Assembly (NCBI RefSeq): GCF_000485595.1
Contig: NW_014577080.1
Span: 200,874 to 262,495 of the forward strand
Origin: Priapulus caudatus
Taxonomy: Eukaryota
Direction of reading: 5' to 3'
Length of the DNA stretch: 61,622 bases
Notes under the pieces: generated by a model
The model's input: only the letters and a program-made list of their open reading frames with translations
What the model was told of the DNA's origin: nothing
The model's database searches: none
Shown here: piece after piece, positions 13,709-25,020 of the stretch
Layout of the letters: each line of letters begins with the position of its first letter
Position numbering within the stretch: the stretch's first letter is position 1
Made by a program: the position numbers and the translations under genes

Positions 13709-15104
13709 AGGCTCGCACTGATGCTGACCGCGAGTAACTAATGACCGTGAGACTCGGATGGGGTTTATGAAGCCCGCGCGCCTCACGACTCGCTATAAAC
13801 AGCGCATCTCGTATTTACATACGTATATGCAATCGACGGGTCACTCTCGAATTTATACGCTCGAATCTTCAGCGATTGTTACTGCGCTCTCGCCTATACT
13901 AGAGCGACCGGTTAATTTTCGCTATAGGAAAGCAAAATTAATTTGTCTAATTATCCTTGCGCAGGAGTTCTGTCGACCTTTTATTATTCGAGGTTTACAA
14001 AATATTCAGTTGCTCCCAGTTATAACTGGTACGTAATCACTAGCATGTCGAATGTGAACAAGGTGTAATAAAGATAGGTAGATAGATTTATTTTGCACCA
14101 TCAGATACAGCAATACTTATACGTACAGTCGCAAGAACAGATAAGACGCGAGGTGAGTTAACATAAATGTTCGAGTCCCCTTCCGTGTATACGTTTAAAA
14201 TTTGCAGGTTGTCTTGCTGTCAGCACTGTGGTTTAATGATGTAGCCTTTGTGGTTAATTAGGATTGTTGCTAAAATTTGTAAATATGTAAAGCCTATATA
14301 AAGAAGTGCGCTCATAGATTATAAATATATATGCTCATATCACCATCATATTCACAGTCCGGCGCCCGATTCACTCCACTTGTCACGATGAAACCTTGCA
14401 CGTAGTGAGCTCGCAGCAGCTGCTAGGTAGTCATGCATGCACGGAAACCAGATAACCGCCTACTGGACCTGAAACTCCGATGCTTCCGCCAAGCTCTGAC
14501 GTCACCGGATACGACTTTCCTGTCGCACTGCAGTCGGCTGCTCATTTTAAAGGCCGACCGTCGACTTCTTCCGGTTCGCATTACGGCTGTATCGCTGAGA
14601 CCGTGATAGGGGTGTTTCGGGGCTCGTGCTAAATGCGAAATGCCGCGCACCAGAGATTGGGCGGGATCTATTCAGTTTTTATTCTACAGAAGGCTATATT
14701 TAGTTGCCCGTTTCCCATTCGTAGGGTATTTTCGTGCGGTTTCACGTGTTTAATAAGAGGTGATCGAATTTACTCGCCCAGATACTGCTGCTGATCGACG
14801 TCACTGCGTATACTTGTTTATTCAGGAAAGAAACGTATTCGCGAGATCAAGGTGTAATGTCGCGCGCAGTATATGCGCTTGTTTAGTAGTAGTGTATCAG
14901 TTTCCAAGCACATCTCTGAACTCGCTGCTCCATCTGCAGAGGATTAATGCAGGAGAAGAGAGGAAGAATGAAGAAAGAAAGTAGAAGAGGAATGAACATG
15001 ATGCGCAGCTGATCTTTTCACTCCGTTAACGTATGGAGCGTGTCGCAGTTTATAATAAATCTCAGGTGTGTTGTAATAAATGATTATAATTTTACATTTA
15101 TATA

Positions 15105-15245
15105 TTCTAAGTATATTATAATAAATTATATTATATTATATTATATTATATTATAATATAATATAATATATTATTATATTATATTATATTATAATATTTT
15201 ATATTATATTATATTAAATTAAATTATATTAGTATATTATAATAA
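15105..15245. repeat. (TTATA)n AT-rich low-complexity tract
   Basis: Direct reading. Confidence 0.85.
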
Positions 15246-15435
15246 ATCTCCATCACTGCCAATAATGGAATGCGAAATAAAATGCAAAATATAACTGTTT
15301 TATGTGATGGCTTTAATTGTCAATAAAAGACCGCGCGTTCACACCTGAATAACATTTCAACGCCTGAAGCACCCAATAATTAAATCAACACGGATAATAA
15401 TTCAATCCGTTTCAAGGCTTGAACAACATTTATCC

Positions 15436-15625
15436 ATTGTGAATATTTATTGTGTATTTATTGTGAATTTATTGTGAATTTGTGAATTGTGAAATTGTGA
15501 AATGTGAAATTGAAATGTGAAATGTGAAATTGAAAATGAATTTGAAAATGTGAAATTGTGAAATTGTGAAATTGTGAATTGTGAAATTGTGAATTGTGAA
15601 TTTTATTGTGAATTTATTGTGAATA
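15436..15625. repeat. (TTGTGAA/TTGTGAAA)n short tandem repeat
   Basis: Direct reading. Confidence 0.85.
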
Positions 15626-15849
15626 TTTTTGCGATTTTGCGGTCAGACATGGTAGACAGAGCTTCAGACACAGACACAGACGCAGACATAGTACATGAAC
15701 ATGACTGACATCTATAAACAACAGAGCGGGTTAGAATGATACATAATGGCAGGTATTACGAGAATTATAACCAAACTAGAATGGTGGGATGTACGAACTG
15801 CGTAATCCTATTGGTCGCAGACATAAACGCCATCACCGATTCAGAAAAG

Positions 15850-16600
15850 AAGTTCCATCGTTTTCTATAATTACAGCGACAACTCCGCGATATATATACG
15901 GTACGTAAAATGTACCGCAAGGACCACAAGTTCTTTGTAACGGAGGAACCGACTCGAAAGCTAGCAACGGCAGCAGAGCGACGGCTAGTAATAAAACACT
16001 TACAGTTGCGGGCCTCATAGGCACGTGTGTCGTATAATGGCATTTTCGGACGCAGTCGAGAATTTCGCGGGGATTCGGCGGTGGTCGTTATACCTGTCAC
16101 GTTCTGACACATGTTACAGCGTGAGACGCTCGAACGAGCGGCGCGCCGATAAAGTCTCCTTGCATTCGAATTCGACTCGGTTTAAGTGGCTTCTCTCCTG
16201 CTGTGTCTGTCCGCCAGCGAGGGAGGTCATCCATGTAGGCCCGATCGCCTGCCATTTGGCTGATTTCTTGGGTCAGAAATTCGGTCCGTGCGTGGCCTTT
16301 CGTGTGATGGTTTGTAGGTTATTGAGGGTAAACACAAAGATTAGTGTCACTTCAAAGTCAGCACACTTCTTTGTTCGGTTAGACTTTGCTGCGTGCGTGC
16401 AGCGGACAAGGTACCGAGAGAACGGTCTACCGAATCCAGAGCTTAGGATTTCTGCGGCTTAGAACTCAGCAGAATAATATGGCAAGTGTCTTGAATAGCT
16501 GACATGCGGGAAGAAAGTACCGTAGACGTAGTGGCGTGCGCAGATAATCGGTCGGTATATCTTCACGACCTGTTTCTATACAAATCGTACCTGGAAACAT
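15850..16600 (-). mobile_element. Possible highly decayed Gypsy-type LTR retrotransposon integrase C-terminal remnant
   Basis: Frame-shifted minus-strand fragments in the expected order: 'YLRTPL...LPACQLF' (like YRxTP...SPAxLLF), 'RDRYNDHRRIPAKF', 'FYVPYIY' (GPY/F-like). Weak, judged by eye only. Confidence 0.25.
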
Positions 16601-16877
16601 TATTGCAGCCATGACTGTAAATACTGCGGATGGATGTTGGCTACGTTTTTTACTGTCCAAACTCATTTTGTTGGCTTGAATATGTAGTCACTGAATTCTT
16701 CACGTGTTTGTAGGCGATTTCGTTGTGGTGGTTTCCATAGCATCATATCATATACGATAAAGTTCGAGTAAGCGGGTTAAAACGTAGGTAATCATCTTGA
16801 ACACAATATGGAATCAGCGAGTTATTACACTAGTTGGTCTCTATCTTTGTTCACGGAAAGAATGACGATATACCTCT

Positions 16878-17037
16878 ACTGAAAAGCTTATTGCGAACAC
16901 ACGCGCGCGCACGCACGTACGGACGCACGCACGCGCGCGCACACACGCGCTCGGGCGCACACACGCACACGCATACACGCACACGCACGCACGCACGCAC
17001 GCACACGCACACACACACGCGCACACGCACACGCACG
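16878..17037. repeat. (CA)/(GCAC)-type compound microsatellite
   Basis: Direct reading. Confidence 0.9.
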
Positions 17038-17979
17038 AACTGGGAGCTTGATTCAAAAGCAGCATGATGTTTCTCGGGTTAAAAATCCACTAACATATCA
17101 CACGATGATTACACGATTTCTCTTCCTATTTTATTTCCAAATTTGCGGAAAGCAGAAGTACACTGTCATGCCTTAACGTAATGAAAAGAGAAAACGTGTT
17201 TTCATGTACGCATTTTTCATGTTGCATACTTCATTTCAAATGCCAATTACTGAGAAAATAAATGCAGATTTTTATGTTTGAGTTATTTTCGCCTTTATGA
17301 AATTGCGGACGCCAAGGTTATCGTTTGCCCAGGGCATTAAAATTGCCCGCGGCCGCCCCCGGTTGTAGGGAGGGACCGTTCGCATATCAAAAGGTACAGT
17401 CAATCAACCTACATGGCGTTAGGGCAAGTATGCATATGTATTTTTTCGAAAAAATGTCAAAGGTTAATATATTGGAACATTACTCTGTTAAATCAAAATG
17501 AAACATAAGGCACATATATCGTGTTTCGAGTTACAATTTGAGGTCGAATTTATAACACTTGTTCGGGCAAGTTTGTGCGATTTTCTCAGTAGCAGCAAAG
17601 AGCTTATAATGATTATTATAAGCTCTTTGGTAGTAGACAAAATATTGCCGTTACCTCCGAGGTCACCACAGCGTTTACCTCCGAGGTCTAACTGCAAAGT
17701 TCTATGACCCGATCGTGTGATTTAGGTTTGGTTAAACTGTTACTGCGAACTAGATCAACGGAAATCCAGATCCATCTATCTGTTTACAGTATACTCTTGA
17801 AACTTGTTTGCTTAAATGATGGCGTTGAACTCAACTACTTACAAGATCCAACCTTTGCGTAATGAGAAATTAAGTGCATACCTTGCTACATAATTACTAA
17901 ATGAGAGTGGATTACGTATATATATATATATGTATTGCATCACATGAATCGGAAGTACACGTATAATGTGTATGTGCAT

Positions 17980-18011
17980 CAAGAGTACATAATAGAGATT
18001 ATGTACTCTTG
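17980..18011. mobile_element. Palindromic micro-element CAAGAGT...ACTCTTG with 8-bp TSD ATGTGCAT (right copy interrupted by a MITE)
   Basis: Stem caagagtacataat/attatgtactcttg; removing the MITE at 18015-18198 plus one TSD copy restores atgtgcat on the right. Confidence 0.6.
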
Positions 18012-18014
18012 ATG

Positions 18015-18198
18015 CAGGGGCGTGTACAAGGGAGGTCTAGGGGGTCCGGACCCCCCCCCCTGCTCGCGCAGTAAACGCATCTGAGGAGGTCTAATTTCAA
18101 AAAAATTATGGGGGAGGGCCACCCCCCCCCCTTTGCGTGCTCGCAAGTTTGGGTTACGGTTAGACATCCTCCTGGTCAAAATTCTGTACACGCCCCTG
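18015..18198. mobile_element. MITE with 14-bp TIR CAGGGGCGTGTACA and 5-bp TSD (tgatg/agatg)
   Basis: Perfect TIRs; a homologous copy lies at 20648-20837. Confidence 0.85.
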
Positions 18199-19900
18199 AG
18201 ATGTGCATGTATTGTTGAACATTGTACGTTGCATACTTGAACTTAAACTCTTGTGTACATCAAGAATTAATTAAAACACATTTATTCACTCCTGCTTGTG
18301 TGATTCGATGCTCTTATGCGCTAAGGTAACCATATTGTCAAATCTGGGGGTGTATTTGCATAATGGGATTCAAAACGTTAGCATCTGCGTGAATTCATCC
18401 GCCCAAAGAATCTCGCATATCGATTTTTTCCGTTCTCGTGTGCAATGCATACTTCCAGCTATCCATGCGGATATTTGACTATATAGCTATTATAGCTATT
18501 AGTCGCGATCTTGCAGAGTATTGAGCTGCGATGACCCGGAAAAGATCTCCACCCTCAGCATTTAGTGGCAAGGTCTTTGATCGATAATGATAGCGTGTGC
18601 TACTCGGCCCCATCTCTTCTTCAGGACGCTTAAGACTATGATAGGTCTACTAAAAACTTTGCGTGCTTACACATTAACGTGCTCTATTTTGTCGAGGGTT
18701 AGCGGCCTACTGGGCCTGTGCGTGCTAGGACGCGATGAATAGAACAGCACATTTGAACGGAAACAACCCCTATTCGACTATGGTTATACCTACTTGAGAA
18801 AAATGTATAGTAGTGTCGTCGAGTTTTTCTGTGAGTACTTACGTGACACGTAATTGCGTAATGTGTATGTACCATCGTTGACCATGTCATCAATTAAACT
18901 GATAATTAACCTGATTATATTAATTTACCCAAGCTGGAGCGGTGTTTAAACATTCCAACCAATATTAAGTGGCTTGAATCTAAAAAGAACTATCTAAGGT
19001 ATATACTCTGCGTGCACGACAATCTAACAATTCCAACCCGCAATATAGGCGACCTCTTGTAGGTCACATGACATATTGGCTGACCAACTAAAACTAATGT
19101 AAAGCCGCCTTGGTGCTGAAACGATCGCACTGATAAAAGACAATCCATGGCCTTAAAACATGGTTGGCAAGCGTCAGGTATACTGGTACCAGCCCCCAAT
19201 GTCTTCACCTGTACCGATATTTACGTGTGCGTTGTCTTCCTATCAGCCGATCTGTGCATCGGGACAGCTGTGTTACTATAGTGCCAAAGTTAACCTTTCT
19301 TTGGAAGCAAAGTATGCACCCGTCTGTACCCAGGCAGTATACCTACAACTATTTCCACCGCGGCTCTCAGTAAAGCTTGTGCCGTCTAGTCTAGACACAC
19401 CGCCAACTATTTGCCTGTCCCAGAAAGTCTCTAACCGGAAAATCTTGAAGATCGGTGAAGTCTCCTTTCTCTAAGGTGACTGACTCCATTTGGAGAACTG
19501 TGTATACTTAGCATTTATCATCATTTACCAAAATGCCAGCATGGGGTATGTATTTTGTTCCCGGCATGCGCGCTCGGTCAACAGCTAGTACGTGCACATG
19601 AAAATGACATCGCGTGGCTTGGATTTACGTTGTTGATATGGTCAAACCATGTATTATAGGCGCCGTCGCTTGAAATTCGAGAGCTACGGCGAACTGAAAC
19701 GAGATAAATGCTAGTGCTTATTACTATAATAGAACTCTGATTAATCACTCAGCGTGATTTTTTATGGCTGTATTTTAAATATATATAGCCAACTTAAGTT
19801 GGAGATTTCTTATTTAGTTTTACGTCGAGCGAATACGATCAAATTCTATCGTGTTTACTACTATCACTAATACGAGCTATACGAGCTATATACATACAAG

Positions 19901-19971
19901 CAAGAGTGCATAATAGAGATTATAGAGATAATATAGAGATAATAGTGCATAATCTCTATTATGCACTCTTG
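19901..19971. mobile_element. Palindromic micro-element CAAGAGTGCATAATAGAGATTA... with 7-bp TSD ATACAAG
   Basis: 22-bp perfect inverted arms; atacaag on both sides. Confidence 0.6.
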
Positions 19972-20354
19972 ATACAAGTTAGCTTATGAAAATGGTCAAC
20001 CACCGCAAAGAGAACTGAATCATAATTCAGCAAACATATTCTATAAGAAAAATCCTTGATATCTTTGTTTATATGGTGTGACGAACTTTATTATGCCATA
20101 CATATACGACCCCTTATTCTTTTAAGCAGATCCCTATGACAAATTGAGGGTAAATACGTAGGCGTACTCGCATCGTGAGAGCTGTTCATGATGAACATAC
20201 AGGTTCTTCACGCAGCGTCTCTGAATTACAAAAACAAAAACAAAACAAAATCAAATACAGGCGACCCTGTATCGGAACTGCGGTAACCGTAACTCGGTAC
20301 ATGCACTCCAGACCGTCCGTGTGTGATAAACTCTCACGTGTAACGAGCACGTGA

Positions 20355-20355
<1 letters not shown>

Positions 20356-20449
<94 letters not shown>
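20356..20449. repeat. (GT)n microsatellite (insertion target of the nested MITE)
   Basis: Direct reading; the repeat resumes at 20903. Confidence 0.95.
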
Positions 20450-20452
<3 letters not shown>

Positions 20453-20902
20453 GCCCGTAGCCAGGGGGGGGGAACAACCCCCCCCCCAAAGCAAAAAAAT
20501 ATTTTTTTTGAAAATTTGCAAGAATTTCACCTCAGGTCGCTCCATTTTAGTGTAATAAAAAAGTGTAATAAACAGTGAACACCCCCCTCCCACACCCTCC
20601 CCCCGCTCGGTCGCTTGGCTCCCTCGCCTGGTCGCTTCGCGCCCGAGCAGGGGCGTGTACAGGGGGGTCCAGGGAGTCCGGACCCCCCCTTGCTCGCGCA
20701 GAAAATGCATCTGAGGGGGTCTAATTTTAAAATTTTTAAAGGGATTTAGACCCCCAGACCCCCCCTTCGCGTGCTCGCAACTTTGGGTTACGTTAGAGCC
20801 CTCCCCCCCCCTGGTACAAATCCTGTACACACCCCTGCCGAGCAAATTGCCAACATTGAAAAACGAACCCCCCCTCCCAATATAAAGCTGGCTACGGGCC
20901 TG
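20450..20902. mobile_element. MITE with 15-bp TIR CAGGCCCGTAGCCAG, hosting a nested MITE
   Basis: caggcccgtagccag ... ctggctacgggcctg; inserted in (GT)n with an odd-length TSD phase (gtgtg). Confidence 0.85.
20648..20837. mobile_element. Nested MITE (CAGGGGCGTGTACA family) with perfect 5-bp TSD CCGAG
   Basis: ccgag|caggggcgtgtacagg ... cctgtacacacccctg|ccgag; internal sequence homologous to 18015-18198. Confidence 0.85.
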
Positions 20903-21448
20903 GTGTGTGTGTGTGTGTCACACTCGCGGCTGGTATATATTATGTAACACAATACATGCACGTAGGTAGCCCGATATTCCCTAAATGAAGCCGGCGTGTA
21001 TTCCAAGGTTGCAACTAGATATACCCTACTAGATACGCCCAACTATATACCTACTATAGATAACCCCACTGGATGCTGTTGGCACACCCTGGATGTTGCA
21101 TTGTGTATGAACTGTACGTACAAGTCTGCCTGATCAGCGCCCATGAGGGCCGTTACCCTGGCTCCTACCCTGCCAAGCTGATTCGATGCCAGCCTATATA
21201 TAAAGGAAAGTGCCGTTGACATGTGACAGTAGCTATAAAGAAGCTCACGTGAGTTGTTCGGATGCATGGGCGTTGTAATTAGAAGCCCCGTAAACGATAA
21301 AAAATACATCCCGTGCCGTGACGTATGCGGTGTGTCATCCCTGATCATCAGCTTGCATAATGGGTGTGTAATTCTACCTGCAACCTATACCTCCTTCAAG
21401 GTCGACGAACCCCGCGGTGCAAAGTTGCGCAGCCTCGCAGACTGCGAA

Positions 21449-21576
21449 CTAGGGGCGCGTTGCCAGAAACAAAATTAGTCTTAACATTTTGTCGTGCATT
21501 AACGTTAGTCGTATGCGCTATTTTATAGCATTAACATTTGCCCTATATTTACGATGTTTCTGACAACGGGCCCTAG
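21449..21576. mobile_element. Small MITE-like inverted repeat element
   Basis: ctaggggcgcgttgccagaaaca ... tgtttctgacaacgggccctag (imperfect ~22-bp TIR). Confidence 0.5.
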
Positions 21577-22620
21577 GTTTCCGCAAGCATCGCTGGTTTT
21601 GCTATGATGCGTGTTCAGATACCTTCCCCCCACTTAACAGTTTTAATTACGTACATTGAGCGATCTTTGATATCGATTTGAATTTATATTAAATGTAGGG
21701 GATTATACCTACAGCATCGCTCCGAATTTTGTTGTTTTTGTTATTTCCCGAACACTTTGCCAGGTCTGCTTATAACGATAAACACAGCTAACGTTAAACT
21801 GCTAGTTATGGTGATATCTCAGCGCATGAAATAGTGCTTTTTAGTAGAATGTTTAAACAGCAAAGAGGCTCTCGATATCTGCGTGTTTAGTATATAGGTA
21901 GTGACAAGCATAGATAGATTACAATAGAAACTGCTTCTGTAAGCTGCCATGATGGGTATGCACGCGCTAGACATAAGTGACGAATCAGAAATAGCCGTAT
22001 ATCAAAAAGATGGAATAATATGTCATTATTATAAAAATATTTTATTATACATTATGCGACATAAACCTTATATTTATTATTCATATGCATGCTTATCTGT
22101 ATACGATTCAGCAATATAAAACTCGTGCGTTCGCGCGCTGGCGATAATAATTTCAATTCATTGCGCTGTGAAATATTTGCGCCCGACTCTCCGTGATATT
22201 CAACGCCGTGCCAGGTACGATGGCGCGAGTTGTCGCGATAACAACGTAGCGATGAAAGGAAACCATAGACTACTCCGCAAGAGCATTCTAATGCGATTTG
22301 CATCCGAATTAACGAACGCATGAATTTCCCCTGAACATGTGATTTCCTTTACACAATGTCCCACAACGCTGTGCGGTTTTAATTTACGGATGCTCGTTTG
22401 CATAAAGTGTTCTTTTTTAAAACCGTTATTAACATTATCGACTCGAAGCGAGCGAATCGGACGTACATGTTTAGCATATATCCGAATTATACCGCTGCTA
22501 TGATAATTACACACATATTAAATCACCCACGCGAATTTAACAGTTTAGATAGGGAAGCGGCCAGTGTAGTTGGCCCTTTTATATGAGTATATATAGTATT
22601 CATTGGTGTTTGGGAATCAG

Positions 22621-24114
22621 CTATACGCGATCAGCTTGTGGCAGGGTTTGATGGTCCGCTAGTCTGTTTTCGGGAGCTGGGCCTCGCTTTGGTTCGTGTT
22701 CCCGTTGCTCACCGTTGAGCGCCCAATCGCGTCTGTATGCATTCCCGCGTCTGCTTAGGAACGGAAACCGTCTGTGCATATCTTCTCGGTCAGGTATCCG
22801 TAGCTGCTGCTGCTCGGCGTTAGCCTGTGCGTACGCGGAAGCCATATCCTGGCCATAACTGGCTTCTTCCTCAGATAGATTTTGTTCTTCCTGCTCTGGC
22901 TCCGGCTCGTCATGGTCCCGTGTGGGTCTGTATGCGTTGCCTCGCTCGCCTAAGAAGGGGTATCTATCACGAGCCGTCCTGTATCGCTGTTGCTGCATTC
23001 CCCGAAGCTGAAATTGCTCCCTCAAGGAGTCCGGCGCAAAGACGTCGTAACGTGGAAACTGGTGCGTGCGTAGAGATGCTCCGGGTCGCTGCGTATTATC
23101 GTCACTGTCGCGGTGTGGCACGTCAATGGCGTCACTGTAACCACTGGGTGGAAATGGAAGGATGGCAGGAACCTCGGTGCGTAAGACCTGCTCGCCTTGA
23201 TACTGCTGCGCTGGTGGAGCTAGCGCCTCTGGTAAAATGTCTTCATATGCCATTACCGGGTATGGTGCTACCGGCGCGGCCCCTAGTGCCATTTCCCTGT
23301 CGGGATGGCTTCGGGACAAGGCCCAGTCGCGTCTGTACGCATTGCCTCGCCTGCTCGCAAACGGAAAGATATCGTGAACGTCACGAGCCAAAAGCTGCTC
23401 GCCTTCATATCCCTCCAACGGTTGCCGCATTGGTGCGCCTAGCACCTGCGGTAGAAACTCCTCAGATGTCATTAACTGGTATGGATCTGCCGGGATGTCC
23501 ACTATGGACGGCCTGTCGGGGAAGATTCGGGGCTGGGACCACTCGCGCCTGAAGGCATTGTCGCGTCTGCTTGAAAACGGGAATACATCGCGAATCATTC
23601 GGGGGTCAAACACGGGCATATGGCCAACGTCGTCACTAAACTGCCGCGACAACGACGGGCCCTGTGCCGTCAACAGTTCGGAGGGTGAAAACAGGAACGG
23701 TCGACGGTATCTTTCCCCTGAATTATTGTCATTTGTCGTAATGACAGACAAGACAAGTTGAAGTCCTAAGTCGTTGGATGGCATGACGGCATAATCAAGA
23801 TAGCTGTCAGGGCGGTAGTCACCTGCTCTTTCCGTCTCTTGAGAATCCGGTCTATCAGTCTTTAGGGATCTAAACTTCGAGTATCTTGTTGGCTTGGCGT
23901 CATACTTATCATCAGTCTCTTCATTGTCGTAATATTCATCTTCACTCCGCCGCGGGTCACTATTTCCTACTACTGGAATGTTCGGTCGTAGCACTTCGTT
24001 TCTTAAATCCTGTTTGGAGTCGTAGAGATGCAGTCTTTCATCGGTCGCATCCAGGAACAACGGCTGGACGTAGTACATTGACAGAGTCAATAGCAGAAAG
24101 GTATAGCGCATCAT
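22621..24114 (-). CDS. Uncharacterised secreted precursor-like protein (~497 aa) with repeated FPFxS-RR-GNAY-RR-DW motifs; neuropeptide/prohormone-precursor-like
   Basis: 1.5-kb non-repetitive ORF; gccATG Kozak just after a splice acceptor (ttttaacag|aaggcgccATG); hydrophobic signal peptide MMRYTFLLLTLSMYYVQPLFLDA; many dibasic sites; candidate AATAAA on the minus strand at ~22073-22078. Confidence 0.8.
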   Translation of the reverse strand: MMRYTFLLLTLSMYYVQPLFLDATDERLHLYDSKQDLRNEVLRPNIPVVGNSDPRRSEDEYYDNEETDDKYDAKPTRYSKFRSLKTDRPDSQETERAGDYRPDSYLDYAVMPSNDLGLQLVLSVITTNDNNSGERYRRPFLFSPSELLTAQGPSLSRQFSDDVGHMPVFDPRMIRDVFPFSSRRDNAFRREWSQPRIFPDRPSIVDIPADPYQLMTSEEFLPQVLGAPMRQPLEGYEGEQLLARDVHDIFPFASRRGNAYRRDWALSRSHPDREMALGAAPVAPYPVMAYEDILPEALAPPAQQYQGEQVLRTEVPAILPFPPSGYSDAIDVPHRDSDDNTQRPGASLRTHQFPRYDVFAPDSLREQFQLRGMQQQRYRTARDRYPFLGERGNAYRPTRDHDEPEPEQEEQNLSEEEASYGQDMASAYAQANAEQQQLRIPDREDMHRRFPFLSRRGNAYRRDWALNGEQREHEPKRGPAPENRLADHQTLPQADRV

Positions 24115-24226
24115 GGCGCCTTCTGTTAAAAGCAATTAGGAAATGTTTTATTGTCTATGGTATTCTGTATTTATACACGCACGTATGCACGCACGCGTCC
24201 ATGCACGCATCCACAACCGCACAAAC

Positions 24227-24227
<1 letters not shown>

Positions 24228-24279
<52 letters not shown>

Positions 24280-24438
24280 CACAACAACTAACACACACAC
24301 ACTAACACACACACTACACCACACAACACACTACACACACACACACAACAACGACACACGACTACNNNNNNNNNNCGACTAGCACGACCTCACGACGACT
24401 ACTACACACACACTACGACTACACACGTACTACACTAC

Positions 24439-24525
<87 letters not shown>
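24228..24525. repeat. (CA)n microsatellite with a 10-N gap (24366-24375)
   Basis: Direct reading. Confidence 0.9.
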
Positions 24526-24527
<2 letters not shown>

Positions 24528-24910
24528 ATATATATTGTAAAAATATTATGTGCAATAAAAAAAATTCACACATAATGAATATCGTTTATCTTTAAAATTT
24601 ACTGCGAGCTAGACACTTGTACCTACGTGATATAAGATCGATGAATTTCATTTAGTAATTAAGTAAGTACTAGCTGCTAATTAGAAATTAATGCCTACAT
24701 TTCGGAATGTCATTGTCAGAATTTTCACGCATAACGCTCTAATTATCTGCCACGTTAAAGCTGGCTTGGTACAGCTTTCAATTGTCGATTGATCGTGTAC
24801 AAATAAATTTGATTAAACCGTTTATCTACCGCATAACTGCGATCACGCTATAAACTCTTGGCACCGCTATTCTTGATGTTCGCATTTTCAACCTATGACA
24901 AATAACTTAC

Positions 24911-25020
24911 CGTAGTTAGCCGTATGTTTGGAGAAGCTCAGAATTTCACACCAGCATTCGCCGCAGTAAGATTGCTTCCGCATGTGTTCCGAAACCTAGC
25001 GTGCCCGGTTACTTATATAG
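24911..25020 (-). promoter_or_regulatory. Candidate TATA box and non-coding first exon of the precursor gene
   Basis: Minus-strand CTATATAAG at 25012-25020 and a strong donor CG|GTAAGT at 24910 that could splice to the acceptor just upstream of the ATG. Confidence 0.5.

Noticed and set aside
14360..14370. ggcgcccga resembling a tRNA-Lys primer-binding site
   Set aside because: Too short, lacks the 5' TGG, and no LTR pair was seen
22948..22966. YPFLG resembling opioid YPF peptides (endomorphin-2/casomorphin)
   Set aside because: Single copy; the Gly is followed by Glu rather than a basic site, so no amidation; the other paracopies have F instead of Y
22827..23552. 241-aa plus-strand ORF
   Set aside because: Antisense shadow of the precursor gene with no recognisable features
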